64,000 bases of DNA, taken from the sequence record NC_061449.1; one strand, 5' to 3'. Below the pieces are notes generated by a model. It searched no databases. It was not told the origin of the DNA and saw only the letters and a list, made by a program, of their open reading frames with translations. Numbering within the stretch: position 1 is the first letter of the stretch; every line of letters begins with the position of its first letter. A program made the translations under genes and the position numbers. Of this stretch, positions 18,925 to 27,848 are shown piece by piece.

Positions 18925-19130
18925 GTAAGCGCATTCAATTCCTTTTGTCCTGTAGCGCGTTTGTCTCAGGCTTGCTTCTGACGCTGGTGATCTTCGCTCT
19001 GATTGTGTTCAATGTTGTTATGGACATATCAAAGGAAGTAACCACACCTCTGCTGATCGTTCTCGTTGTTTGTTTTATTAACAACATGTCAACGGTGTTC
19101 TTGATGCGGACCAACAACTCTAAATCGTAA
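18921..19130 (+). CDS. small membrane protein (2 TM)
   Basis: Two hydrophobic stretches, ATGA overlap. Confidence 0.6.
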   Translation: MSKRIQFLLSCSAFVSGLLLTLVIFALIVFNVVMDISKEVTTPLLIVLVVCFINNMSTVFLMRTNNSKS

Positions 19131-19159
19131 CGCACGGTCTGTCCGTGTGAGGAGCAAGT

Positions 19160-19453
19160 ATGATTAGTGACATTACAGTCGGCCATATCTACAAGTCGCC
19201 TAGCGACAAGCCATTTATTGTTGACTGCATTGCTGCACACGGACAGGATTGCTCATTGCCTATGGTTGTCTATCGTAATCTCGAACCTACGTCAGACAGA
19301 CCTGCGGATAGCGTGTGGGTAATCCCTGAGTCGTTGTTTGTGATGCAGTTCTCTGAGTACGAATCAGGAGAGCACCATGAACACAACGAGCTTGTATCAT
19401 CATCTGGAGTCAAGGGGGTTTGCTCCTTCTTTCTATCACTGCTGGCTAAGTGA
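19160..19453 (+). CDS. DUF1653-like small protein
   Basis: GHIYKSPSDKPFIV…PMVVYRNL…VWVIPESLF pattern. Confidence 0.6.
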   Translation: MISDITVGHIYKSPSDKPFIVDCIAAHGQDCSLPMVVYRNLEPTSDRPADSVWVIPESLFVMQFSEYESGEHHEHNELVSSSGVKGVCSFFLSLLAK

Positions 19454-19890
19454 AACGCAAATGACCGTGCCGCTGTTTGGCTTCGACCGAGCTATGCGTG
19501 GTCTACAGGTCTACACACCAGATGCACCAAAGCATGATAAGAACCCGAAAGCGTGTCGCTACTTCACGCGAGCATTCGGCGGCAAGCAGTTGGTGTGGGG
19601 ATCGGAAATTAAACCTGAACGGGTCGACCGTCTTCTTAACTGAGTCTGTGTTCAAGGCGTGTGCTCTGCATCGCGTTGGACTCAACGCTTGGTCCGTTCT
19701 AGGTTCAGATGTTAGTCTGCACCTTTATCGTCAGTTGCGTCTTCTCGGTCTACGTTTCGTCTGTCTTGGTGACAACGATGCCGCAGGTGAAAAGTTTAGT
19801 CAGACGTTTGGACTAGGCACCACCAGCAAAGACCTTGACGAAATGACTGACAGTGAACTTCTCGATTTAACTCTCCCATTCGTAAGGTAA
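19377..19890 (+). pseudogene. TOPRIM (primase-like) gene split by a +1 frameshift near 19597-19608
   Basis: Frame A ends …KQLVWGSE; frame B continues LNLNGSTVFLTESVFKA…SVLGS…LGDNDAAG (TOPRIM E and DxD motifs); removing one base gives about 170 aa. Confidence 0.75.
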
Positions 19891-19895
19891 CTGAA

Positions 19896-20348
19896 ATGCC
19901 AAACGTAAATGAAGCACAAAAGAAGCACAAGATCATCGTGCGTATTCTCGGTGATGTTGGTAGTGGTAAGTCGGCTGCGTACTGCCGCATTGCAGCGATG
20001 TTGAAAGACAGTGGTGCGACCGTTGTTCACGCTGACGAGAAAGCATGGAACATGTTGCAGAATGCTGGTGAAGCAGCCTCGGCTCAAGCTGATCTGTATC
20101 AGTTTGCTCCAGAAGTTGTTCTGGAAGAGGCCTGCATTCGCACTGACTCGGCTATGTCGAAAAATCAGATCATGCAGTATTTCGCGTATGCCCATCTGCC
20201 TACGCATTTGCAGCGTGTAAGTAAACCGTTCGCGCTGCTGGCTCAAGAGATGGACCAGTATCTGCCTGACGGTGCTGAGAAGTCTGCTGGTCTGCGTAAA
20301 CTTCTCGAAGCTAAAGACTGCGCTGTTCGTGCAGTAGTCGCCAAGTAA
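19896..20348 (+). CDS. fusion: N-terminal P-loop-like segment plus C-terminal helical hairpin (Acb2/Tad1-like)
   Basis: ILGDVGSGKS; C-terminal YFAYAHLP…LPDGAEKSAGLRKLLEAKDCAVRA. Confidence 0.6.
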   Translation: MPNVNEAQKKHKIIVRILGDVGSGKSAAYCRIAAMLKDSGATVVHADEKAWNMLQNAGEAASAQADLYQFAPEVVLEEACIRTDSAMSKNQIMQYFAYAHLPTHLQRVSKPFALLAQEMDQYLPDGAEKSAGLRKLLEAKDCAVRAVVAK

Positions 20349-20362
20349 TCTGGAGGACAAAC

Positions 20363-20746
20363 ATGCCTCGTTTTATTCGACCGCCTGTGATCGTTAAGTC
20401 CGTACCTACTGTATCAACTACGTCAGCTACTGACTTTTTCGGTCAGCTCGCTCCTGTTAACCACGTTGTTAATCTTGACGCAGTGCAGGCGTTGCATCGT
20501 GAGATGATTGGCGCAGGGCACATCGAACAGTTCACTACTGATATCGGTCTGCACCCGAACGACGTTCTGCCTGATAACGAGAGTCACGTAAGTGTGCCAG
20601 CTCTTGCTTTCTTCCTTGAAGGTGGTGAGTGTGAAATCTGGTACTTCTGCGGACCTGAGCGTACTCTGGCTGAATGGGCTGCTGTGCGCGATAAGGTTGA
20701 GCAGGCTGTGTTCGATAACTCGTACTATCATGAGATCGAAGCCTAA
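20363..20746 (+). CDS. hypothetical protein
   Basis: GGAGG RBS, 127 aa. Confidence 0.65.
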   Translation: MPRFIRPPVIVKSVPTVSTTSATDFFGQLAPVNHVVNLDAVQALHREMIGAGHIEQFTTDIGLHPNDVLPDNESHVSVPALAFFLEGGECEIWYFCGPERTLAEWAAVRDKVEQAVFDNSYYHEIEA

Positions 20747-20773
20747 TAACCTAAACAGCTAAAGGAGGCGATC

Positions 20774-20800
20774 ATGAGCGATTGGTTCTACGACTGGTAA
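20774..20800 (+). CDS. putative 8-aa micro-peptide MSDWFYDW
   Basis: Perfect AAGGAGG SD about 6 nt before ATG, directly followed by a terminator. Confidence 0.35.
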   Translation: MSDWFYDW

Positions 20801-20806
20801 TAAACA

Positions 20807-20832
20807 AAGGGTGGCCATTTGGCTGCCCTTTT
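20807..20832 (+). terminator. intrinsic terminator
   Basis: AAGGGTGGCC-ATTT-GGCTGCCCTT then T residues. Confidence 0.75.
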
Positions 20833-20870
20833 CTGATCTTAGACAACTAAAACAAGCCCATAAGGACCAT

Positions 20871-20920
20871 GTAGAACCGTGCGTAGACAGTATAGAACCA
20901 TGCGTAGGCAGCGTAGAAAC
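20871..20920. repeat. imperfect 21-bp tandem repeat (about 2.4 copies)
   Basis: GTAGAACCGTGCGTAGACAGT / ATAGAACCATGCGTAGGCAGC / GTAGAAAC. Confidence 0.7.
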
Positions 20921-20957
20921 ACCACCTTTTTCTTGAGCAATGGGAAGCGCTTAAAAA

Positions 20958-20966
20958 CTGTAAATA
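20958..20966 (+). promoter_or_regulatory. CTGTAAATA motif
   Basis: Intergenic, 18 nt upstream of the dam ATG. Confidence 0.65.
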
Positions 20967-20984
20967 CTGATAAAGGAGAGAAAA

Positions 20985-21827
20985 ATGACCGTAATCAGTC
21001 CAATCCGTTATCAGGGCAATAAGCGAAGCCTTATCCCTCTTATTCTTGAGCACACACCAAGCGTACAAGACTGTCCGCGTATGGTCGATGTGTTTGGTGG
21101 TAGTGCCACTGTGTGCGCTAACATGCCTCAGAAGTTTCGTGTGTACAACGAGCTTAGTCCTCAGGTGTTTGAGATCGTTAAGATGCTGGTTGAGCAAGAC
21201 CCGAAGAAAACTCTCGGTCAAGTCAAGCGTCTGGTAAAACACTGGTGCCTGACAAACAGCAACGAAGCGAACTATGATGCGTTTCGAACTGTCGTCCAGA
21301 AGAAGCGTACACCGATATTGCATTACGTTGCACACAGACATGCGCACTCGAATATGCTGCGCTTCAACCAGCAGGGTGTGTACAACGTAGGCTTTGGTGA
21401 TCGTGGTCTGATTGGAAAGTTCGACGAGCTGGAGCACGAACTCACTACTTTCCACAGTCACATGCAGGGTGTCCACCTGACGAACATGAAGTACGGTAAG
21501 TTACTGAGTCGCTTAGGCCACCAACTGAACTACAACACGTTCTGTTACTTCGACCCGCCGTATCTGGCGAGCGGTGCAATGCAGTACGGCAAGTGGACTG
21601 AAACGAATGAGCGTAACCTGCTTGCTACTCTGGAGCAACTCAATCGCTTAGGCGTACCGTGGATGTTGAGCAACGTAACCGAACACCGACACTTCTCAAA
21701 CGATTTGTTGAAGCGCTGGTTAAAGAAACACGCAACGACCGTGTTGTACCCGAACAAAAGCTATGCGATGAACAATGGCCAGAGTGGCTCGCATGGTACT
21801 GTTGAAATTCTGGCAATGAACTACTGA
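20985..21827 (+). CDS. dam: DNA adenine methyltransferase (Dam / D12 class)
   Basis: SPIRYQGNKRSL, DVFGGSATV, YFDPPY; GATC specificity not established. Confidence 0.88.
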   Translation: MTVISPIRYQGNKRSLIPLILEHTPSVQDCPRMVDVFGGSATVCANMPQKFRVYNELSPQVFEIVKMLVEQDPKKTLGQVKRLVKHWCLTNSNEANYDAFRTVVQKKRTPILHYVAHRHAHSNMLRFNQQGVYNVGFGDRGLIGKFDELEHELTTFHSHMQGVHLTNMKYGKLLSRLGHQLNYNTFCYFDPPYLASGAMQYGKWTETNERNLLATLEQLNRLGVPWMLSNVTEHRHFSNDLLKRWLKKHATTVLYPNKSYAMNNGQSGSHGTVEILAMNY

Positions 21828-21905
21828 GGCTGCTGTGTCTCCACTAAGAAGTAATCTGTAAAACAATAACGTACCAACCATTTGACTACATATTAAGGAT
21901 ATAAA

Positions 21906-22487
21906 ATGAAAGAGTTCCTGTCTAAGTATTTCGACCTGCGTGAGTACGATAGCTGGCCACTGGCTGCGCTGTTCTTCGGTGCTGCGTTCTCAATCGTTAG
22001 TGACTTCCTGTTCGACTATAATGCGCTCTGGCCTGTTCTGGTTGTCTTCGCAGTTTATTCGGTCGCTATCATCCTTGATACACGCAAGATCATGGATAGC
22101 GGCCACACGGCACCATCATGGGGATGGCTGTTCTTCGTGCCTGTCTATCTGTGGAAACGCGACACGCTTACGCAAAAGAAAAACCGCAACATTAGCTACG
22201 CGTGGTTGATTCTGTGTGTTCTGTCTTTTGGCAGTGGCTTCTATGCTATGAACAAAGACAATCACACTGCGGTAGAGCAGGACGTGTGCAGTGTGCTCGA
22301 TACGCTCGATAGCATGAAAGCAAACAACGTGACCTGCGTTCGTGCGTACAACATGGAAGAACAATACGACGGTTACTGGAAAGGCAGTGCGCATCTGTCC
22401 AACAACCGCGACGTAAACGTAAGTGCCGACTACAACAAAGAGAAAGGCATGGTGTACGTTCAAATTCACAGTCTGCTTGGAGAGTAA
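21906..22487 (+). CDS. membrane protein
   Basis: Several N-terminal TM segments plus a soluble C-terminal domain with a Cys pair. Confidence 0.7.
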   Translation: MKEFLSKYFDLREYDSWPLAALFFGAAFSIVSDFLFDYNALWPVLVVFAVYSVAIILDTRKIMDSGHTAPSWGWLFFVPVYLWKRDTLTQKKNRNISYAWLILCVLSFGSGFYAMNKDNHTAVEQDVCSVLDTLDSMKANNVTCVRAYNMEEQYDGYWKGSAHLSNNRDVNVSADYNKEKGMVYVQIHSLLGE

Positions 22488-22488
22488 C

Positions 22489-23187
22489 ATGGAACAGGAA
22501 CAAGATCTGCGAGATATGCCTCAGCATATCGTTAACGGCTTCTCCTTCCGCGAGGGTTCAGCCAAGCTCATGTCTTTCGCACTTGACGTTGTACGCCTCG
22601 GTGGTAAGATCGAAGAATCTTTCTGGGAAGATCATCTCGTGGAAGACCTGAACAAGATTGATCTCATGAGTCTTGTCCACATTACTGGCCCTGTGATTGA
22701 TCGTTGTCAGTTTGATTTGTTTGAGTCGCTGGAGCGCTGTCGCAGGAACGCGCACGTCCTGCTTGAAGCGATTATCTACGGTTACGATCTGCTGATGCAG
22801 GAACTGGAGACTGCTTTCCTCGAAGAAGATGGTGCCTCTCTATTCATTCGCCGCAACAAAACGAACATGTTTAGCCGCGAACTGATTCAGTACCTGACGC
22901 GTCCTGCCGAAGAGAAAGACATTCTGATGCTTCACGCGTATCGTCGTCAGTCTGCCGGTCTGTGTGACGCCGAGCCTGTTGTGTTGGGCATTCGCACCAC
23001 TGATAGCAATCAGTTCGTTTGGAACGGTGAGTGGCGGGCGTATCTGACGATGCCACTGGAGATGCGCAAGATGCACTTCCGCAACTGGTACTACAATCAC
23101 GCTCTGACCGAGCATCGCATGAAAGCGATGATCAGCGCGTATCTGCATCACAAATTCCCCGAGCAGTTCGGAGGTAAGAGTGCATAA
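22489..23187 (+). CDS. hypothetical protein
   Basis: ATG after GGAG, long ORF. Confidence 0.65.
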   Translation: MEQEQDLRDMPQHIVNGFSFREGSAKLMSFALDVVRLGGKIEESFWEDHLVEDLNKIDLMSLVHITGPVIDRCQFDLFESLERCRRNAHVLLEAIIYGYDLLMQELETAFLEEDGASLFIRRNKTNMFSRELIQYLTRPAEEKDILMLHAYRRQSAGLCDAEPVVLGIRTTDSNQFVWNGEWRAYLTMPLEMRKMHFRNWYYNHALTEHRMKAMISAYLHHKFPEQFGGKSA

Positions 23188-23653
23188 CTTCGCTGAACTG
23201 CGCGAGCGTCTGGTGCAGGCGCTCGATATGTCTATCGTGAGTAGCGGACAGTCTGCTTGTTACGTCGATGCAACAGGCAAACCCATGGGTCTGGTAAGTC
23301 ACTGGTGCCCTGAGTCTGCTGAAAACATTCTGCTTGTGATCGAGCGTTACGGTCTGCATGTAGAACGTACAGTCGACCCGAAACACAAACCTAGGCCTGG
23401 CGAAGAAGACAGAATTGTGTGGCAGTTCAACGTGTGGTCACGCAATCCGATCTATCGCACACTGTCTCAGGACTACGGACGCATCTTGCAGCACGGTCCG
23501 CGTATCGTCGGTCCGGACCTGACTACTGCTGTGTTTACGTGGGCAGTGCTTCGTGCCGAACGCGTTAAGCAATTACGTGAGTCTAAAACTGAAGGGAAGC
23601 TCTACAACTTCGGTACGCTGCGGGAGAAGGTGTATGTATCACCAGCTCAGTGA
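23180..23653 (+). CDS. hypothetical protein
   Basis: GTG after GGAGG. Confidence 0.6.
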   Translation: MHNFAELRERLVQALDMSIVSSGQSACYVDATGKPMGLVSHWCPESAENILLVIERYGLHVERTVDPKHKPRPGEEDRIVWQFNVWSRNPIYRTLSQDYGRILQHGPRIVGPDLTTAVFTWAVLRAERVKQLRESKTEGKLYNFGTLREKVYVSPAQ

Positions 23654-24044
23654 CGACGCAACGTCCGATGAAATCCGCCAGTATTACGAACGGATTCATC
23701 AGGACGCCGAAGCGATCATGCAGCAGGTGTGGGCGCTTCGTGGTTGGACGGTGCGTTGGGAATGGCACAATGGCATTTGCGACGATTGTGAGTTTGTCTT
23801 TGACGAGACAGGCAAGTGTCGTGGCACTAAGTCAGATGCTATTCCTCAACAGGTTGGTATAGCTGACCGCATCGACGCGCTAAAGCTGACGGTTACGCAT
23901 ACCAAGAAATCTGTAAAGATCAGTAACAAACTTGCTGATACGCCAGTTGAAGGAAAAGGTCGTAATGTACGGCTTGCATATCTCGACTGGTTGCTTAACC
24001 TTGAAAAGCAAAAAGCTGAGGAGAAAAAGTGCGCTGCAACTTAA
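23634..24044 (+). CDS. hypothetical protein
   Basis: ATG after GGAG in frame with track ORF 23553..24044. Confidence 0.55.
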   Translation: MYHQLSDDATSDEIRQYYERIHQDAEAIMQQVWALRGWTVRWEWHNGICDDCEFVFDETGKCRGTKSDAIPQQVGIADRIDALKLTVTHTKKSVKISNKLADTPVEGKGRNVRLAYLDWLLNLEKQKAEEKKCAAT

Positions 24045-24550
24045 ACGAATTACCGATGAACCTCGATCAGGCTGAACACATCATGGCCAGTGTGTTTACG
24101 CTTGCTGGCGCATCGAAGTCTAAACGCCGCGCTACCGCTGCGATGTTGATTCACTTCCACAATGGCTTCCCTACTGTGATCAGTAGCGGTGTTAACGGTA
24201 CTGAGCCTGGTGCAAGCAACGTCATGGAGAACGAAGACCTGACTCTTTCTCTCGACACAGTTATCCATGCAGAGGTGAACTGCCTCAACCGCATGGAAGA
24301 ATACAGCATGTGGGCGAACGAAGAAGACATTCTGTTTTGCACCGACTCACCGTGCCCGAACTGTCTTGCTGACCTCGAAGCCGAAGGCGTTAAGACCGTT
24401 GTGTACGCGCGTGAGTATCGCCTGACTGATCATCTGGACGCATCTCCCATCAAGATGTTCTGTCTGGATATGGACAGCGTTGTCCAGCGTATGCAGCACG
24501 GCATCGACCGCATCAAAGAAGTGATCGCAACAACACCAGCGTCTAACTAA
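24029..24550 (+). CDS. dCMP deaminase-like zinc deaminase
   Basis: SSGVNGT, HAEVNC and SPCPNC zinc motifs, VVYAREYR. Confidence 0.85.
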   Translation: MRCNLNELPMNLDQAEHIMASVFTLAGASKSKRRATAAMLIHFHNGFPTVISSGVNGTEPGASNVMENEDLTLSLDTVIHAEVNCLNRMEEYSMWANEEDILFCTDSPCPNCLADLEAEGVKTVVYAREYRLTDHLDASPIKMFCLDMDSVVQRMQHGIDRIKEVIATTPASN

Positions 24551-24575
24551 GACCAATAACTGAGAGGCTCTCAAC

Positions 24576-25328
24576 ATGGAAAGCAAATTCGAATCGGGTT
24601 TTAAATGCCGCCCTCTGACTAAAGAGCAACAGGACGAAGCGTTCCGTGCGTTCGATAGGCAGCAACAAGAGTCACTTGAGCGTCTTGTGCAGATGATTGA
24701 ATCTGATCCCGTGTTGAGGGCCCAGCACGAAGCGGCTCGTCGCTATGACCACCAGCAGAAGTTTGGTAACTTAGACTTCTCCAAACTCGAAGACAGGGTT
24801 ATGGCTAATGCTGTCATGGGTAGCATGTCTTCACCGCGCAGTAACATCGAAGAACTTTCTGGTACGCTTGAACATTCGTCAGGTGTTGTTCGTGGTGTTG
24901 TGCAGCGCTTCCCGCGTATGTCAGATAACCTGCCGCGTGATGGTCGCATTAAAGTTGACGTAGCACCAGGGAAACGTATGCTGCAAACTGATATTCATTT
25001 GGGTAATGTGAAGACTGCTGATTTGACTGACGCTATTGCCGCAGTTGCATTCGGTCTTAGTGGCGAACAACTTGGCGTTATTCCTGCTGAGTCTGGTGGT
25101 GGTCAATCTACACCAGAACATCTCCCTCTGCATTATCTGCAATCTGAGAAGGGTCCAGACTACGTTACGGTGGATGCTAAGACAGGACAGACCGTTCACA
25201 TCCAGTACAAAGCGGGTGGTGGGTGGTCTGCTGAACGTCGTGATCGTGCTGCAACGTCAACTTCTGACCGCAAGAAGCTCCGTGCTAAAACACGCGCACA
25301 AAAGAAAGCGCGCCGTAAACAACGTTAA
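24576..25328 (+). CDS. hypothetical protein with basic C-tail
   Basis: 250-aa ORF. Confidence 0.65.
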   Translation: MESKFESGFKCRPLTKEQQDEAFRAFDRQQQESLERLVQMIESDPVLRAQHEAARRYDHQQKFGNLDFSKLEDRVMANAVMGSMSSPRSNIEELSGTLEHSSGVVRGVVQRFPRMSDNLPRDGRIKVDVAPGKRMLQTDIHLGNVKTADLTDAIAAVAFGLSGEQLGVIPAESGGGQSTPEHLPLHYLQSEKGPDYVTVDAKTGQTVHIQYKAGGGWSAERRDRAATSTSDRKKLRAKTRAQKKARRKQR

Positions 25329-25337
25329 GGTATTGCT

Positions 25338-25826
25338 ATGTCTGATTTTAATGAGTTCAAAGATAGTTTTCTTCGAGCTGTTGGTGTAGACCCAAAACTG
25401 CTCGACTTACCCGAAGACCCAGATGGTGCTGAGATCTTTAACAGCCTATCCTCCAACGATCAACGTAAAGTCCGAATAGGTCTTGCGTTGATGCAACTTC
25501 AAATCCCTGATGAAGTTCGTTATGAGTTGCTAACGAACCATCTGGACGAAACTGAGCGTCTGGTTAATACTGCGTATCAGGACCTGGGTGCCTCGCTTGT
25601 GAACAAGCTGGCTCAAGCAGGCGACGCGGAAACTAAATCGACACTCGGTAGTGTTCGTCTGGCTATGCTGATGAACATTCTGGGTTTTGATGATGCCACT
25701 CTCACTGGCGTCTTGACCGACCCTATTCTCGCTCGTCGTGCCAGCCTTGTTGCTGTGACGTGCATGAACGAGATGGGTCAGAAAATCCAACAATTGTACG
25801 ACGAGAAAAGCAATGAGCCAACCTAA
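25338..25826 (+). CDS. hypothetical protein
   Basis: 162-aa ORF. Confidence 0.65.
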   Translation: MSDFNEFKDSFLRAVGVDPKLLDLPEDPDGAEIFNSLSSNDQRKVRIGLALMQLQIPDEVRYELLTNHLDETERLVNTAYQDLGASLVNKLAQAGDAETKSTLGSVRLAMLMNILGFDDATLTGVLTDPILARRASLVAVTCMNEMGQKIQQLYDEKSNEPT

Positions 25827-25977
25827 CAATCCATTAGCAGATTACTTCAACGCAGACGCAGTTATCCCAGGCGTAGACGACGCAGAAGATCGTGTCGAAG
25901 CTATGCGCGACGGAGGCGGCGAAGTCGTTGACGATAAAGATGCTGATGGTTGCGAAAGCGGCGCCTGTAAAATCTAA
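25813..25977 (+). CDS. 54-aa protein mimicking the C-terminal redox tail of ribonucleotide reductase alpha (NrdA)
   Basis: Translated by hand: MSQPNNPLADYFNADAVIPGVDDAEDRVEAMRDGGGEVVDDKDADGCESGACKI*; E. coli NrdA ends …TRDG…QDDGCESGACKI; below the ORF-track size cut-off. Confidence 0.75.
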   Translation: MSQPNNPLADYFNADAVIPGVDDAEDRVEAMRDGGGEVVDDKDADGCESGACKI

Positions 25978-25980
25978 CTC

Positions 25981-26003
25981 ATGGGGCCTAGTGCCCCATT
26001 TTT
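25981..26003 (+). terminator. intrinsic terminator
   Basis: ATGGGGC-CTAGT-GCCCCAT then TTTT. Confidence 0.7.
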
Positions 26004-26015
26004 GTTTTGGGGAAC

Positions 26016-26546
26016 ATGATGCAAACAGCTTATCGTTGTAAGCACTGCAAGTACGTTCATATCGGTAAAGTCAGTAGCTGCGACTGTCAAGGCAGTAAGA
26101 AATTTGAATACACGTTGGTGAAAATCATCGACGTGCCTGAGAACGAAGACGGTGTTCCTGACTTCAAAGATCTCAAACACTCACGCGCTCAACGTTACGT
26201 CAACGTAAAGAACGGAACGTATGGCAACGGCATTTATGAGCTACGTGAAAAGCGAGAAGGTGAGCGCTACTGGTGGACGCATCTGGGTCAGATGCAAAGC
26301 GGTCTTGACAGCACTGACGCAGGCTATAAGATGTGCGAAGACAACCGCAAAGCTAACTGCGTTCTGGCTGCGGCCGGCCCTGTGATGCTCGAAGCGTTGT
26401 ACATGACCTATCAGTATTTCCATCGTAAGCGTTTGGTACAAGGCGATACGCCACAGACCGCTATGCGACTCTCCATCATCGCAGATGCAATTCGTCAAGG
26501 CACAGACCTGTCTGTGTTCGATACGCCTCAAGTACCTAAGGAGTAA
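26016..26546 (+). CDS. hypothetical protein with Cys-rich N-terminus
   Basis: YRCKHC…CDC. Confidence 0.6.
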   Translation: MMQTAYRCKHCKYVHIGKVSSCDCQGSKKFEYTLVKIIDVPENEDGVPDFKDLKHSRAQRYVNVKNGTYGNGIYELREKREGERYWWTHLGQMQSGLDSTDAGYKMCEDNRKANCVLAAAGPVMLEALYMTYQYFHRKRLVQGDTPQTAMRLSIIADAIRQGTDLSVFDTPQVPKE

Positions 26547-27188
26547 GTGATGTTTTACGATATTCTGAAAGCGATACCTGCGATCATCCTGTGCTATATT
26601 CTTTGGCGTTATGTCATGAACAAGGTCGAACGTGACCGTCACCTGATTAAAGCACAGGAGCACTATAACTGCGGGCGTCTGGATCGTGGCAACGTCTGGG
26701 TACATTTGAAGACAGGCCGACCGTATACTGTGCTGTGTCTAACCAATACAGGTACTTCAAAGGCCGGGTGGGAAATCAATGTCATCTACACGAATGACTT
26801 CCAACAGATCTTCAACAGGCCATTCAGCGAGTTTTGCCACAAGTTCACACACGTTAGTCGTGGTGAAAATAAGGAACAATTCAATACCACTCTTGCGTGG
26901 ATGCAGATGGAGGCTAACACGCGAATCACTCTGCCGAAAGAGGGTGAGATTTGGGTTGAGAGTTCTCGACGCAACGAGCCTCCACAGAAACTGGCAGCAC
27001 AAGGACATGTCGCAAAAGTCTTTCCACTGCGTGTCCGCATTGATCTTGTGTTGGGTATTGGTCAAGCCCATCCTATCGTTGTGTATACTGTAAATGAAGA
27101 ACACCAAACAGCGATGTTACTTTCGCAGTTTATCTTCGTTTATCACAAAGAGGTCGAAGCCAATGACACAGCAAGCGCTAGTGTTTAA
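26547..27188 (+). CDS. hypothetical protein with DUF1653-like domain(s) and N-terminal TM
   Basis: GNVWVHLKTGRPYTV…VIY…NRPFSEF; second similar unit GEIWVE…IVVY…LLSQF. Confidence 0.6.
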   Translation: MMFYDILKAIPAIILCYILWRYVMNKVERDRHLIKAQEHYNCGRLDRGNVWVHLKTGRPYTVLCLTNTGTSKAGWEINVIYTNDFQQIFNRPFSEFCHKFTHVSRGENKEQFNTTLAWMQMEANTRITLPKEGEIWVESSRRNEPPQKLAAQGHVAKVFPLRVRIDLVLGIGQAHPIVVYTVNEEHQTAMLLSQFIFVYHKEVEANDTASASV

Positions 27189-27510
27189 GTACGTGATGTT
27201 CGTCCGCACTCGTAATAAAGAGCGCACGGACGGCGTACACATGCCAGTGATATTCCCGTCGCATATCATGCACTCTGATATGGATGAGGCAATGATTGGT
27301 TACGCGGTATATAATGGCCACGTGGAGAATCACTACTACCAGCAGATGAAAGCTGTGTCTGCTGGCTTCATCGATCTGCGTACCCTTCAATGCTTCGGCG
27401 AGTCTGAGTCTCTGGAACTGAAATCACGTCCAGAAGACAGCGCGATTATCGCAGAGTACATGAAGACTCAAGGCAAAGGCGCAGAAGCACCGCCGGAGGT
27501 TGACGAGTGA
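27163..27510 (+). CDS. hypothetical protein
   Basis: ATG after GAGG; MKAVSAGF…CFGESESLELKSRPED phage-type motif. Confidence 0.6.
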   Translation: MTQQALVFKYVMFVRTRNKERTDGVHMPVIFPSHIMHSDMDEAMIGYAVYNGHVENHYYQQMKAVSAGFIDLRTLQCFGESESLELKSRPEDSAIIAEYMKTQGKGAEAPPEVDE

Positions 27511-27848
27511 TGGACATTCTCAAAGCAATCTGGAACAGTCCGTTTTGGGATAGCCCCGCCTCAGCATTCGTCGTGCCTGTTGTTCTCATTGGTTTCTTTG
27601 TGCTGACCGAGTACCTTGAGCGTAGAACGTTTCGCCTGTCACGCAAAGCATTTGCAGACGGCTGGGACCCACAGAATGACACGCGCTTTCGTCACAAGTG
27701 GTTTCCGTCCATGACGTGTCGCCTTGTATATTACTCGAACAGTCCGAACGACAAGTTCACACCGTCGGTATTGGTTCAAAGAAGCAGCGGGCGTTACGTT
27801 GAATTGCCAGCCTATGTTTTACGTTATCGCTATAACGAGATCAAATAA
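27507..27848 (+). CDS. hypothetical membrane-anchored protein
   Basis: One N-terminal TM. Confidence 0.55.
   Translation: MMDILKAIWNSPFWDSPASAFVVPVVLIGFFVLTEYLERRTFRLSRKAFADGWDPQNDTRFRHKWFPSMTCRLVYYSNSPNDKFTPSVLVQRSSGRYVELPAYVLRYRYNEIK

Noticed and set aside
20871-20920. Tandem repeat as a mini-CRISPR array
   Set aside because: Repeats are contiguous with no spacers, and no cas genes are present
20985-21827. Dam as part of a restriction-modification system
   Set aside because: No adjacent endonuclease-like ORF; orphan MTases are common in large phages
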